Source: Candidatus Enterousia sp.
GTDB taxonomy: Bacteria > Pseudomonadota > Alphaproteobacteria > Rs-D84
Length of the DNA: 64,000 nucleotides
Reading direction: 5' to 3'
Assembly: GCA_045546195.1 (NCBI GenBank)
Contig: JAZQCH010000001.1
Coordinates: 39,362 to 103,361, forward strand
The notes under the pieces are model-generated. The model worked only from the letters and a program-made list of their open reading frames with translations, was not told the DNA's origin and did not search any database. Of the stretch, positions 35,302 to 45,746 are shown piece by piece. A program made the translations under genes and the position numbers. Position 1 is the stretch's first letter. Each line of letters begins with the position of its first letter.

Positions 35302-37587
35302 TTATAATATATGCCTCTTGTTGTTCGCATCCGGCGCAGACACAATCCCATCCTGTTCCATGCGTTCCATAAAGCCCGCGGCCTTGTTATAGCCAATCTG
35401 CAAACGACGCTGAATATATGAAATGGTTGGCTTTTTATCACGAATAACACATTCTTTGGCGCGTTCATACAGGTCGGCTTCTTTATCCGACGCGCCACCG
35501 CCCGGTATTGCGCCGGGAATACCGGCCATATCTGCCACACCGCCTTCGCCGGCTTCGTCCGTCACACCATCAACATATTCCGGCGCACCCTGTGAACGCA
35601 GAAAATCACCAATTCGCGTTAATTCATTATCATCAATAAACGCACCGTGTATGCGCACCGGAACGCGTCCCGCCTCGCTAAACAGCATATCACCACACGC
35701 CAACAATTGTTCCGCGCCACCTTCGCCCAGACATGTCACACTGTCGATACGACTGCGCGCCTGGAACGATACACGCGTTGGGAAATTCGCCTTAATCACA
35801 CCGGTAATCGTCGTTGCGTCTGGTCTTTGTGTCGCCATCACCAGGTGAATACCCGCCGCACGCGCCTTTTGCGCGATACGCTGAACACAGGCCTCTACAT
35901 CCTTGCGCGCCAGGCTCATCAGGTCCGCCACCTCGTCAATAACAATGACGATATATGGAATATCCGACAAATCTATTTCCTGGGTTTCAAATAATAATTC
36001 ACCGGTTTCTGGGTCTGTACCCACGGCGACTTGCTTGGTCATTTTTTCGCCCGCCGCACGTTTTTCAGCCGCGATTTCATTATAACTTTCGATATTGCGT
36101 GCGTTCAGAACCTGTAATTGCTTATAACGTTCTTCCATTTCGCGCACCGCCCATTTCAGTGCGTTAACCGCCGCCGCCGGGTCTAACTTTACAATCGGCG
36201 TAATCAGATGTGGAATATCATCCCAGAACCCAAAGTCCACCCCCTTGGGGTCAATAATCATCAACTTACACTTATCGGGTGTAAAGTGATACACAATTGA
36301 TGTAATAATCGACTGAACAAATACAGACTTACCCGAACCTGTACGCCCTGCGATTAACATGTGCGGCATTTTTGCCAAATCAAAGTACATTGGATTACCG
36401 CCAATATTCACCCCCAACGCCAATGGAATTTTATATTTAGTGTCCACAAAAGTATCAGATTCCATCAAACTGCGATAACGCACGGTCTGACGCGTCACAT
36501 TTACCATTTCGACACCAATATAACTGGTACTGGGGATATGGGCGATACGAATATTCTCGGTCGCCATGGCGCGTGTCATATCCTTGACCGTTTTGGTAAT
36601 ATCTGCGATACGCATACCGGTATCAGGCTCGAATTCATACAGCGTCACAATCGGTCCCGGTTTAATCCCCATAACCCGACCAAAGACACCATATTCCGCA
36701 AAGTGCGTTTCCATATTTCGTGCATTTTGCTTTAATTCCGGCGTCACAGAACACTTGCTAAACAGCGATTTTTCCAATAATTTTGGGTCTGGCAATTGAT
36801 ATTGTGATGCCGCACGCGCACGTTTTGGCGCCGCCGCCACCGCAACCGGCGCGGCCGCAACCGCCTTTTTCGGTGCACGACGTGACAACAATCCACGACG
36901 TTTTTTCTGTGACACGTCCTCTTCTTCTGCTGTTTCTTCCTCTGGTCCCTCTGTGTCGTCTGACTCTTCTAACAATTCTTCTGCGGCAACAGGCCCTGTT
37001 AAATGGAACGCAGCACCAATCGCACGAATTGTACGCCACGCAATACGCAACGCGCCACGCACATGTGCCCATTTAATGTGTAATAAACTGCCCCCCATCC
37101 AGAAAAAGACAACCATACACAAAATCCCCACGACCAGGGCACCCCCACCCATAATCGCCCCCAGGTCATTTGCGACAATTGCCCCAAAAATTCCACCAAA
37201 CGCACGCGCCGGCAAAATCAGTCCAAATGCCGCCGCCCCAAAACACACTGCGATAAACCCACGCAGAAAATTATATTCTGGCACGCCATCACCACTCAGC
37301 GCAATCATCCGCATAAAACCCCACCGCGCCACACACATAAACACAAACAGCCCCGGCACAGTTCCGACCGCATACTTTACCAACCCAACAACATACCCCA
37401 TCACAGACTGGTCCCCAAAGGTCCCCGCTGTACCAAATCCAGATAAATACGGATTGTAAAATACCAGCGCAAAAACCGCCCACGCGCCCAACACAAACAC
37501 CAGCGCACCAAACACGCGCGCCATCAAAGCCTTTAACATACCCGAAATACTATCGGGCAAAAATTTACTTGAATTATTTCCTGCCAT
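35302..37587 (-). CDS. ftsK: DNA translocase FtsK
   Basis: N-terminal TM domain, Pro/Ala-rich linker, motor domain with Walker A GRTGSGKS and C-terminal gamma domain (winged helix, ...IQRRLQIGYNKAAGFMERMEQDGIV). Confidence 0.9.
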   Translation of the reverse strand: MAGNNSSKFLPDSISGMLKALMARVFGALVFVLGAWAVFALVFYNPYLSGFGTAGTFGDQSVMGYVVGLVKYAVGTVPGLFVFMCVARWGFMRMIALSGDGVPEYNFLRGFIAVCFGAAAFGLILPARAFGGIFGAIVANDLGAIMGGGALVVGILCMVVFFWMGGSLLHIKWAHVRGALRIAWRTIRAIGAAFHLTGPVAAEELLEESDDTEGPEEETAEEEDVSQKKRRGLLSRRAPKKAVAAAPVAVAAAPKRARAASQYQLPDPKLLEKSLFSKCSVTPELKQNARNMETHFAEYGVFGRVMGIKPGPIVTLYEFEPDTGMRIADITKTVKDMTRAMATENIRIAHIPSTSYIGVEMVNVTRQTVRYRSLMESDTFVDTKYKIPLALGVNIGGNPMYFDLAKMPHMLIAGRTGSGKSVFVQSIITSIVYHFTPDKCKLMIIDPKGVDFGFWDDIPHLITPIVKLDPAAAVNALKWAVREMEERYKQLQVLNARNIESYNEIAAEKRAAGEKMTKQVAVGTDPETGELLFETQEIDLSDIPYIVIVIDEVADLMSLARKDVEACVQRIAQKARAAGIHLVMATQRPDATTITGVIKANFPTRVSFQARSRIDSVTCLGEGGAEQLLACGDMLFSEAGRVPVRIHGAFIDDNELTRIGDFLRSQGAPEYVDGVTDEAGEGGVADMAGIPGAIPGGGASDKEADLYERAKECVIRDKKPTISYIQRRLQIGYNKAAGFMERMEQDGIVSAPDANNKRHIL

Positions 37588-37610
37588 AGCAGTTATATTT
37601 TATCACAAAT

Positions 37611-37655
37611 TAAATAAAAAAACAGGCGATAAATTTTATCGCCTGCTCTTTTTTC
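37611..37655 (-). terminator. Terminator hairpin caggcgataaattttatcgcctg with flanking T-run and A-run
   Basis: Inverted repeat 37623-37645; the minus-strand reading is followed by ttttttta. Confidence 0.55.
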
Positions 37656-38102
37656 TTAACGCGTCTTTGAATCCTTTTTTACCCCATAGCGTTCTGGACT
37701 GACAAACGGGAAATACAAATCCTTTAATATATTTGTTGAATTTTTATATTGCATCTGCTTGCGCGCATTCAACAGAACCTTTTGCGCTTCGGCGCGTTCC
37801 CAGTCGAACTGGCTGTGTAATTTTCCCATATTCCACAGCACCTTTGAATAAATCAAATATGCGCTGTTATCATGGGGTGTTGGCATAAACGCATCGACCA
37901 GGCTTGGTCGTTCCAGTCCATCCTTTACACGCACAGCATAATCCGCATACTTAACCGGATTCCGGGCAATTGTCTGAACCTCTGCGATTGCGTCAATAAT
38001 GCATTTTTGTTCATCCTCATCCTTGGCGCGCTGCTTTCGTCTTTCTAAAAACAACAAAACATCACTAAAAAATTCTTGTAAAGTTGCATCATAGTCAGTC
38101 AT
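37656..38102 (-). CDS. Hypothetical protein (~148 aa; internal start MTDYDATL preferred because of the SD aaagga)
   Basis: ORF 37656-38168; an SD precedes the ATG at 38102. Confidence 0.45.
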   Translation of the reverse strand: MTDYDATLQEFFSDVLLFLERRKQRAKDEDEQKCIIDAIAEVQTIARNPVKYADYAVRVKDGLERPSLVDAFMPTPHDNSAYLIYSKVLWNMGKLHSQFDWERAEAQKVLLNARKQMQYKNSTNILKDLYFPFVSPERYGVKKDSKTR

Positions 38103-38298
38103 TTTAATTCCTTTGTTTAACAACAATAAATTATACCACACAAAAGCCGTTTCGCCAAATCCAAACATTTCGCGTCACGCCCACAAACACACATAGACAA
38201 AACAACATAAATGTCAATATTTCGACATAAAAAAGTTGAAAATTCATATAAATAGGTATAACCTATATCGGAAAAACTAAAAAATATGGGGCAAACAG

Positions 38299-40131
38299 AT
38301 GAAGATTCGCAATATCGCAATTATTGCACACGTTGACCATGGTAAAACGACCCTGGTTGACAACATGTTAAAACAGGCGGGCACTTTCCGCGAAAACGAA
38401 CGCGTTGACGAACGCGTAATGGACAGCGGTGACATCGAACGCGAACGCGGCATTACCATTTCCGCCAAACCCACATCAATTCAGTGGGGCGAATACAAAA
38501 TCAATATCGTTGACACACCGGGCCACGCCGACTTTGGTGGCGAAGTTGAACGTATCTTATCCATGGTTGACGGCGTTGTTCTGTTGGTTGACAGTGCCGA
38601 AGGTCCCCTGCCCCAAACCAAATTCGTATTATCCAAGGCCCTGAAACTGGGGTTGCGTCCAATTGTTTGTATTAACAAGGTTGACCGTTCTGACGCCCGC
38701 CCAGACGAAGTTTTATCCGAAACATTCGACCTGTTTGACAAACTGGGTGCAACGGATTCCCAATTGGATTTCCCATACCTGTATTCTGTTGGCCGTGATG
38801 GTTGGGCGGTACGCGATTTGAACGACGAACGCAAAGATTTAACCCCACTGTTCCAGTTAATTGTTGACCACGTCCCGGCCCCTGACTGTAATGGCGCACG
38901 CTGTCAATTGGACGCCCCATTTACAATGTTGGCAACAACACTGGAAGCAGACCCATATGTTGGTCGTATTTTAACCGGTAAAATTGAATCCGGCACTGTT
39001 CGCGTTGGTCAATCGGTCAAGGCCATTAACCGCAACGGCGAATTTATCGAAAACGCAAAAATCACAAAAATCATTGAACACCGCGGCGTAGAAAAGGTTT
39101 CACGCGACACCGCATCTGCCGGCGACATTGTTGTGGTTGCGGGTTTCAGCAAGGCCACCGTGGCGGACACCCTGTGTGATTTATCTGTCACCGAACCAAT
39201 CCCGGCCATGCCAATTGACCCACCAACCCTGACGATGACATTTTTTGTGAACACATCACCATTGGCGGGCAAAAGTGGCAAGAAATTAACATCACGCATG
39301 ATTGGCGAACGCCTGTTCAAAGAAGCCGAAACAAACATCGCCCTGCGCGTTGAACAAAGCGAAAATAACGAAGCATTCGAAGTTTCCGGCCGTGGTGAAT
39401 TACAACTGGGGATTTTAATTGAAACAATGCGTCGCGAAGGTTTCGAACTGTCCGTATCACGTCCACGTGTGGTAATGCAAATGGACGAAAACGGCAATCG
39501 CCTGGAACCAATCGAAGATGTAGTAATCGACGTAGACGACGAATTTTCCGGTGTTGTTATTGAAAAAATGACCAAGCGCAAGGCCACAATATCTGAAATG
39601 AAGGCGTCTGGCGCCGGCAAAACCCGCATTGTATTTTCCGCCCCATCACGTGGACTGATTGGTTATCTGTCTGAATTTCGCACCGACACACGTGGCACAG
39701 GTATTATGAACCGCGTATTTGATAAATACGATTTATATCGCGGTCCAATCCAGCAATATCGCCCGGGCGTTTTGGTATCTATGGAAAAAGGAAATGCCGC
39801 AACATACGCGCTGTTTAACCTGCAGCCACGCGGAACATTGTTCATCGACCCACAAACCGAGGTTTATTCCGGCATGATTATCGGCGAACACAGCAAAGAA
39901 AACGACCTGGAAGTCAACCCGGTCAAGGGCAAAGAATTAACCAACATGCGTTCCGTTACGGCGGATGAAAAGTTATTCCTGGCCCCACCGCGTCGCATTT
40001 CCTTAGAAGAAGCGCTGTCCTATATCCTGGACGATGAATTGGTAGAGGTCACACCCGCCACCATCCGTCTGCGCAAACGGGAACTGGACAGCAACACACG
40101 TAAAAAGTTAAAGAAACACATCGAAGAATAA
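38299..40131 (+). CDS. typA: Translational GTPase BipA/TypA
   Basis: G1 [10 protein letters not shown]3 [12 protein letters not shown]; EF-G-like domains; ~610 aa. Confidence 0.9.
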   Translation: MKIRNIAIIAHVDHGKTTLVDNMLKQAGTFRENERVDERVMDSGDIERERGITISAKPTSIQWGEYKINIVDTPGHADFGGEVERILSMVDGVVLLVDSAEGPLPQTKFVLSKALKLGLRPIVCINKVDRSDARPDEVLSETFDLFDKLGATDSQLDFPYLYSVGRDGWAVRDLNDERKDLTPLFQLIVDHVPAPDCNGARCQLDAPFTMLATTLEADPYVGRILTGKIESGTVRVGQSVKAINRNGEFIENAKITKIIEHRGVEKVSRDTASAGDIVVVAGFSKATVADTLCDLSVTEPIPAMPIDPPTLTMTFFVNTSPLAGKSGKKLTSRMIGERLFKEAETNIALRVEQSENNEAFEVSGRGELQLGILIETMRREGFELSVSRPRVVMQMDENGNRLEPIEDVVIDVDDEFSGVVIEKMTKRKATISEMKASGAGKTRIVFSAPSRGLIGYLSEFRTDTRGTGIMNRVFDKYDLYRGPIQQYRPGVLVSMEKGNAATYALFNLQPRGTLFIDPQTEVYSGMIIGEHSKENDLEVNPVKGKELTNMRSVTADEKLFLAPPRRISLEEALSYILDDELVEVTPATIRLRKRELDSNTRKKLKKHIEE

Positions 40132-40132
40132 A

Positions 40133-40164
40133 CCACACGCCACAATTGTGGCGTGTTCTTTTTG
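40133..40164 (+). terminator. Rho-independent terminator after bipA (acacgccacaattgtggcgtgt plus T-run)
   Basis: Inverted repeat 40134-40155 followed by tctttttgg. Confidence 0.65.
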
Positions 40165-40216
40165 GTTATAAAGTGATTAGTTGCAAATCCAATAAAAACC
40201 GTGTACATTATAAGAT

Positions 40217-41065
40217 ATGAAACCAAAGCGTTTATTTTTATTTGCTGGCTATGACAAAAACGGCAAAATTGATTCTGCCTTGATTTATTATGTTCGGGCA
40301 CTGAACAATCTGGGCGATGTTGTTGTATTTATGGATTCAGACTGTCCAAAATCCGAACTAAAAAAACTGGATAAAATCACATTGTATGCGCACGGTGTAC
40401 GTCACGGCGAATATGATTTTGGTTCTTATAAACGGGCATACATTTGGGCGACTGAAAATCTGACCCTGGCCGATTATGATTTTGTTTATATGGTAAACGA
40501 TTCTGTGTACGGCCCCCTGTACGATATTACGCCATATCTGGAACGCATGGAAAATATGGGCACCGACGCCTTTGGCATGGTCAAGAACCCAAAACCCGAC
40601 CATCCACATATTCAGTCTTGGTTTATCGGTCTGCGCCCCAGCGTGTTTTTAACCGACTGGTACGACAATTTTATACGCGCGGTCAAAAAACTTGAATCCA
40701 AGGGGCTAATCACACGCGAATATGAACACGGTCTGTCACGGGCGATAACCGCACATAATTTAACCTGGGCATGTCTGTACACGGTAAAAAACCGTGGCAT
40801 ATATAACCATGTCAAAAAACTGTACCGCGCACGGATGCCATTTATCAAGAAACTTTCCTTTACGCGTCACAACGGTTCACTGGGGCGTCAAATTTTATAT
40901 GTATTAAATCATATTGATGATGATGCGCGCATTGCGATTACCATATCCGCCCGGCAACAGTACGGCACAAAATATATAAAATGGTTACTGACAAAAAATC
41001 CAATTAAGATAATGTTCCGACACATCAAACATACAACAAAAAAATTACTATCAGGACGCCTATGA
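40217..41065 (+). CDS. Rhamnan-synthesis protein F (RgpF)-like glycosyltransferase
   Basis: Resembles the RgpF family (LFLFAGYDKNGKIDSALIYYVRAL...DFVYMVNDSVYGP); near the rml genes. Confidence 0.55.
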   Translation: MKPKRLFLFAGYDKNGKIDSALIYYVRALNNLGDVVVFMDSDCPKSELKKLDKITLYAHGVRHGEYDFGSYKRAYIWATENLTLADYDFVYMVNDSVYGPLYDITPYLERMENMGTDAFGMVKNPKPDHPHIQSWFIGLRPSVFLTDWYDNFIRAVKKLESKGLITREYEHGLSRAITAHNLTWACLYTVKNRGIYNHVKKLYRARMPFIKKLSFTRHNGSLGRQILYVLNHIDDDARIAITISARQQYGTKYIKWLLTKNPIKIMFRHIKHTTKKLLSGRL

Positions 41066-41904
41066 AAAACACCACGAACAAACGAATTGCCGCCATCACA
41101 ATGGCACGAAACGACACATTTTTTCTGTCCCGTTGGATTGAATACTATGGTCACGAAATTGGCACTGAAAATTTATACATCTATTTGGATGGCACCGACC
41201 AAGACATCCCTGAAAACGCGGGTGCGGCGCATATAACAAAACTGCCCCACACCGACATGTCACGCAGTGCCGGCGACAAATACCGCATTGGCAAGATGTC
41301 TGATTTGGCATCCGAACTGTTCAAAAAATACGATATTGTAATCGGGTGTGATTGCGACGAATTTTTGATTGTTGACCCTGCCTTGAACACATCACTGGCA
41401 GAATATCTGTCAAACACGAAAATTCACACAACGCTTTCTGGGCTGGGGTTGGATGTGGGGCAACACCTGACGCACGAAAAACCATTGGACCCATCAAAAC
41501 CATTTTTATCCCAGCGCACATACGCCCTGTTATCCACGCGTTATACCAAACCCGTCATAATCAATCGTCCTGTCCGCTGGGGTTCTGGCTTTCACAGCAT
41601 AAACGGCCACAATTTCCACATTGACCCGAATTTATATCTGTTACATTTTGGCGCGGTTGATATGGACATGCTGGTGGCCAAGGCCGCATCCCGTGGCCCC
41701 GACTGGGTAAATCATTTAAAGCGTCGTGGCAACGGCACAATAAACGATGTCACGAATCGCCCCGCGCATGGCGAACGATGGCTACGGATTGCCCGCGTTA
41801 TGCAGCGTATTTTCCGCCCAATCTATGCGTGGGACAAACCCGGCATGCTGGGGATAAAACGTGTTGTAAAAATTCCAAACCGTTTTCAAAAATCAGGGGT
41901 ATAA
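41062..41904 (+). CDS. Glycosyltransferase-like protein (GT2/GT92-like fold, DXD-type)
   Basis: N-terminal AAITMARNDTFFLSRWIEYY (GT-A-type nucleotide-binding start), CDCDEF (DxD-like); 4-nt overlap with the upstream gene. Confidence 0.45.
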   Translation: MKNTTNKRIAAITMARNDTFFLSRWIEYYGHEIGTENLYIYLDGTDQDIPENAGAAHITKLPHTDMSRSAGDKYRIGKMSDLASELFKKYDIVIGCDCDEFLIVDPALNTSLAEYLSNTKIHTTLSGLGLDVGQHLTHEKPLDPSKPFLSQRTYALLSTRYTKPVIINRPVRWGSGFHSINGHNFHIDPNLYLLHFGAVDMDMLVAKAASRGPDWVNHLKRRGNGTINDVTNRPAHGERWLRIARVMQRIFRPIYAWDKPGMLGIKRVVKIPNRFQKSGV

Positions 41905-41906
41905 TT

Positions 41907-42920
41907 ATGGCACCAGACATGAAAATAGACATTGTGTACCTGTGGGTTGATGACAGCGACAAAAAATGGCGCGCCGAAAAAGACAAATGGCTGGAAATCG
42001 TCAAGGGCGAACGCCCTGTCTATCGCGATGCCGCGATTGAGGCCCGCTGGCGTGACAACGGCGAATTTCTGTATTCGTTACGCAGCGTTGATAAATTTGC
42101 CCCCTGGGTCAATCACATCTATATCATAACTGGCTTTAACCAGGTACCACGTTGGTTAAACACCAAACATCCAAAAATTACGATTGTTCCGCACGAACAA
42201 ATAATACCGCATGACGCATTACCAACATTTAACGCCACTGCGATTGAAATGTGTATTCCGAACATACCAGGCTTATCTGAACACTTTTTATTGATGAACG
42301 ACGACATGTTTTTCAATCGCCCGCTAACGCCCGATTTCTTTTATGATTCCCGCGGTCGCGCCCGTGTTTTATTCAGCAACCACGCCCATCGTTCCCGCAA
42401 TATCGGCACATGGATGTCGCGTGTTGACGAATACAACCAAACACTGATATTATCGGCACAGTTTATTGAAAAAGTATTTAAAAAATCGGTCTATAAATAC
42501 CGCCCATCACACGGCATTGACCCATACATAAAATCCAGTTGGATTGAATGTCGCAACCATCCACTTATTAACGGATTTATCGACAAACAAATCCGCAACA
42601 AATTTCGCACAAATAACGAAGTCCAACGTTGGCTGTTTAATTTATACGACTTAATCAATGGCCGTGCGGTATTTATCCACTCACGCGCACGCAAACATTC
42701 GCGTCATAAAATCAGCAATTTTATATACAACACAATCTTTTCACCGTGGATAAAAAATTCACCTGTTGTGTGTACAGATACTGGCCGCGCCCGTTCTGCC
42801 CTGTTGCGCGCACCGATATTCTGTATCAATGACGCACACGATTCAGACGAAACAATTCTGCGTGACAACGCCAAATTTATGGCGGAACGTTTCCCTGAAA
42901 AATCACAATTTGAAAAATAA
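41907..42920 (+). CDS. Stealth-family hexose-1-phosphoryl transferase (CR1-CR4), capsule/polysaccharide phosphotransferase, copy 1
   Basis: CR1 IDIVYLWVDDSD; CR2 LRSVDKFAPWVNHIYIITGFNQVPRWL; CR3 EHFLLMNDDMFF; CR4 SHGIDPY. Confidence 0.75.
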   Translation: MAPDMKIDIVYLWVDDSDKKWRAEKDKWLEIVKGERPVYRDAAIEARWRDNGEFLYSLRSVDKFAPWVNHIYIITGFNQVPRWLNTKHPKITIVPHEQIIPHDALPTFNATAIEMCIPNIPGLSEHFLLMNDDMFFNRPLTPDFFYDSRGRARVLFSNHAHRSRNIGTWMSRVDEYNQTLILSAQFIEKVFKKSVYKYRPSHGIDPYIKSSWIECRNHPLINGFIDKQIRNKFRTNNEVQRWLFNLYDLINGRAVFIHSRARKHSRHKISNFIYNTIFSPWIKNSPVVCTDTGRARSALLRAPIFCINDAHDSDETILRDNAKFMAERFPEKSQFEK

Positions 42921-42921
42921 T

Positions 42922-42949
42922 CAGACCGCCAAACGGCGGTCTTTTTTTT
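42922..42949 (+). terminator. Terminator reading on both strands (agaccgccaaacggcggtct plus T-run)
   Basis: Inverted repeat 42923-42942 followed by tttttttt. Confidence 0.65.
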
Positions 42950-43976
42950 ATTCTACACTGCACGTTTTAATAAAATCACAAATCTGTGCCCGCAGTTTTT
43001 TTGCCCAACCGAACGGCGGTCGGTCCAACACCCCCATACGTTCCAGTTCACGAAAACATTCGCGCGCGGCCTGAACATCATCTTGGCCATCTAAATATTT
43101 TATTTTACCAAACGCCTTGTTTATAAAGTGCCACTGAAAATTTTCAGACCACATTTTCATCTGATACGGCGTCGCCGATTTTTGATATTGTGTCCACGCA
43201 TGCGCCAACCCCACACACAGACTTTTCATAATCTTTAACTGTTTGGCCGACAAAACGATTCCGCCAAAATTTGGCACATAAAAATACAACGGCAAATTAG
43301 TTATTGTCACACGCGGATTGCGCAACATAACTTCACTCCACCATGGGAAATCTTCGAACAAAATCCCCTTAACATATGGTATATCCGCTATCAAAGATTT
43401 TTTATACAGATGTTTCCACACCTGACAATGCTTAATCATCCATTTTTTCTTTTTGCGTGGCACATTGACCATTTTTTCAGTCGCGTATGCGAACACATCA
43501 TCCGTCACAATTGTCGGAATTTTATCCAGTTTATATTTTTTATTTATCCGTTTTGGCACAACATTATCCGTATCCATTTTCAGGTAATGCCGTACCATCA
43601 ACTGTGGGCGATAAATTCTGTCATATGTGAACGCCACCATATCCGAACCATCACGCACCGCCATATGATGCGTGATTTCCAATGTCTGGGGATGAATAAA
43701 ATCATCACTGTCCAGATATAAAATGTATTCACCACTTGCGACCGCCATCCCGGCATTACGCGCATCCGACAATCCGCCATTTTCTTTGTTAACCAATTTA
43801 AATCGCGCATCGCGTGCGGCAAATTCACGCACTATATCCGCACTGTTATCTGGGCTGCCATCATTAACACAAATCGCTTCCCAATCTTGAAATGTCTGAT
43901 TTTGTACACTTTCCAGACATCTGCGCAAATACTTTTCGACATTATAAATCGGAATAACAACTGAAATCGCCGGCAT
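42948..43976 (-). CDS. Family-2 glycosyltransferase
   Basis: VVIPIYNVEKYL...NDGSPDNS...LDSDD (GT-A DXD). Confidence 0.8.
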   Translation of the reverse strand: MPAISVVIPIYNVEKYLRRCLESVQNQTFQDWEAICVNDGSPDNSADIVREFAARDARFKLVNKENGGLSDARNAGMAVASGEYILYLDSDDFIHPQTLEITHHMAVRDGSDMVAFTYDRIYRPQLMVRHYLKMDTDNVVPKRINKKYKLDKIPTIVTDDVFAYATEKMVNVPRKKKKWMIKHCQVWKHLYKKSLIADIPYVKGILFEDFPWWSEVMLRNPRVTITNLPLYFYVPNFGGIVLSAKQLKIMKSLCVGLAHAWTQYQKSATPYQMKMWSENFQWHFINKAFGKIKYLDGQDDVQAARECFRELERMGVLDRPPFGWAKKLRAQICDFIKTCSVE

Positions 43977-43995
43977 TTCGCCCCCTTTTTTTAGA

Positions 43996-44769
43996 TTATC
44001 TGAAAAAGTTTATTATTTTCCGCATCCGCCACATATACATAATTTTATGCTTTCTGGCGAAATCTTTTCTGTATCGCTTGCCAATCTGATACTGCTGCTT
44101 TACACGCGCCCTGTGTGCGACATCACGCGAATTCAGCGCAGAATTTTCATTAAACATATAATGATACGCAACCCCCGGCACAGTCACAACAGCATTTGCC
44201 TTTTCAATTGCGTCCAACACAAACAAAGTATCTTCTTGGGCAATCAACCCTGTATCAAAGCACAAATTATTCTGTTGAACAAAATCTGTTCTGAACAAAT
44301 ACCGCCACACATACGAATCGGTCAACGCATATGTCCGCCACATTTTTTCAGCCACAGTTTTTGCCCCCTGCACCGATTTATACACAATCGGTTTAGTGTA
44401 CTTGTTATCGCTAACAAATCCCGCCACAACCATCTGGGCCGATGTTTTTTCTGCGACCTGAACCATCGCCATATAGAATCCCGCATCAATCCAGTCATCC
44501 GCATCCAAGAAATGAATATATTTCCCATCTGCGTTTTTTATACCATCATTTCGCGCCGATGACACGCCCTGGTTTTTCTTGTGAATAACCTTGAACCGTG
44601 AATCGCGCGCGGCATACTCATCCAATATCTTGGGCGATTTGTCTGGACTGCCGTCATCAACACAAATCGCCTGCCAATCTGAAAAAGATTGCGCCAACAA
44701 ACTGTCCAGGCATCTTTTCAGATATTTTTCCACCTTGTACACAGGGATAATTACCGACACAACTGGCAT
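43996..44769 (-). CDS. Family-2 glycosyltransferase (tandem paralog of 42948-43976)
   Basis: VIIPVYKVEKYL...DDGSPDKS...LDADD; ~50% identical to the neighbour over the N-terminal 95 aa. Confidence 0.8.
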   Translation of the reverse strand: MPVVSVIIPVYKVEKYLKRCLDSLLAQSFSDWQAICVDDGSPDKSPKILDEYAARDSRFKVIHKKNQGVSSARNDGIKNADGKYIHFLDADDWIDAGFYMAMVQVAEKTSAQMVVAGFVSDNKYTKPIVYKSVQGAKTVAEKMWRTYALTDSYVWRYLFRTDFVQQNNLCFDTGLIAQEDTLFVLDAIEKANAVVTVPGVAYHYMFNENSALNSRDVAHRARVKQQYQIGKRYRKDFARKHKIMYMWRMRKIINFFR

Positions 44770-44786
44770 ATCAAGACACCCTTACC

Positions 44787-45683
44787 TTACATTTTCAGCA
44801 TTTCCGCCGCCACCGTTCCTGGCTTTGGATTTTTCGCCTGATGATACGTTGTCTTTTGGAAAAATGCGCCACTGGTCACTTCCTTGAACTTTTTTTCATC
44901 GTATGGTTTATCGTGCCAATCCCACCACAGCGCATGTGTTGGGTCCTGGTCAACATGTAACATTTTTTCAAAATGTTTTTTTGCGCGCGGGTCATTCATA
45001 ACCATTGTTTTGAACAACAACTGATGCATAAAGTAATCAAACGGCCCGTTTTCATTTTTCCAATATTCCAACATCATCGCCCGCCACGCATCCAACAGAT
45101 ACGCCCCTTTGCGCGAACGGATGAAACAGTTCTGCATATAACTGTATGGACTGCCAACCTTTTGCCCCGCCATATACACAAAGAAATCTTCATCTGCAAT
45201 CCAGTCTGGGATTGGTGCTGTCACAAACCCCGTTGAATCCAGCCAATACCCACCATGATTATACAGCAATTCCACACGACAAATATCCGCGAAATGGGCA
45301 TGTGAAATTTTACCTGCTTTGCGTTTCTTCATAATTTCTTCGGGCAAAGAAATATAGTCAAACACAGTCTTTTCATCCAACACCACCAATTCCTGCTTAC
45401 AATGTCTGCGTACACTGCGGAAACAGGCCTTGACTAATTCTGGGGCGTTTTCTTCGCCCTGTAACCACAGGGTAAAAATCTTGTCGTTTTTATCGTTATT
45501 AACAACTTTTCTTTCCTTGATTGCGGCGGCGGCTGGCAAATATCTCTCAAAATATTTTGGGATAACGCGTTCAATAACCGCACTGCGTACCGCGCGACGC
45601 TTTGCGCGTGGTCGCCAGAACCAGTTTAAAATGTGTCCCTGAACAATTATTTTTGTCATCGCCCACATACGTTGAAAATTCAT
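44787..45683 (-). CDS. Capsular-polysaccharide-synthesis (Caps_synth / Gly_transf_sug-type) glycosyltransferase
   Basis: Motifs HFADICRVELLYNHGGYWLD and DxD-like DED resemble the capsular polysaccharide synthesis protein family. Confidence 0.55.
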   Translation of the reverse strand: MNFQRMWAMTKIIVQGHILNWFWRPRAKRRAVRSAVIERVIPKYFERYLPAAAAIKERKVVNNDKNDKIFTLWLQGEENAPELVKACFRSVRRHCKQELVVLDEKTVFDYISLPEEIMKKRKAGKISHAHFADICRVELLYNHGGYWLDSTGFVTAPIPDWIADEDFFVYMAGQKVGSPYSYMQNCFIRSRKGAYLLDAWRAMMLEYWKNENGPFDYFMHQLLFKTMVMNDPRAKKHFEKMLHVDQDPTHALWWDWHDKPYDEKKFKEVTSGAFFQKTTYHQAKNPKPGTVAAEMLKM

Positions 45684-45746
45684 ATTCTGTCCTTTTTTTA
45701 TTTTCTATTTACAAATTACCCCAGCCACAAAGACCGGGGATTTAAT

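Noticed and set aside
35274-35540. 88-aa minus-strand ORF overlapping the ftsK 3' end
   Set aside because: Same strand but a different frame from ftsK, whose gamma domain is clearly encoded here.
41778-41906. N-terminal extension of the Stealth-1 ORF (MATDCPRY...)
   Set aside because: It overlaps the upstream GT gene in another frame. The real start is the ATG at 41907, with an SD, right after the upstream stop.
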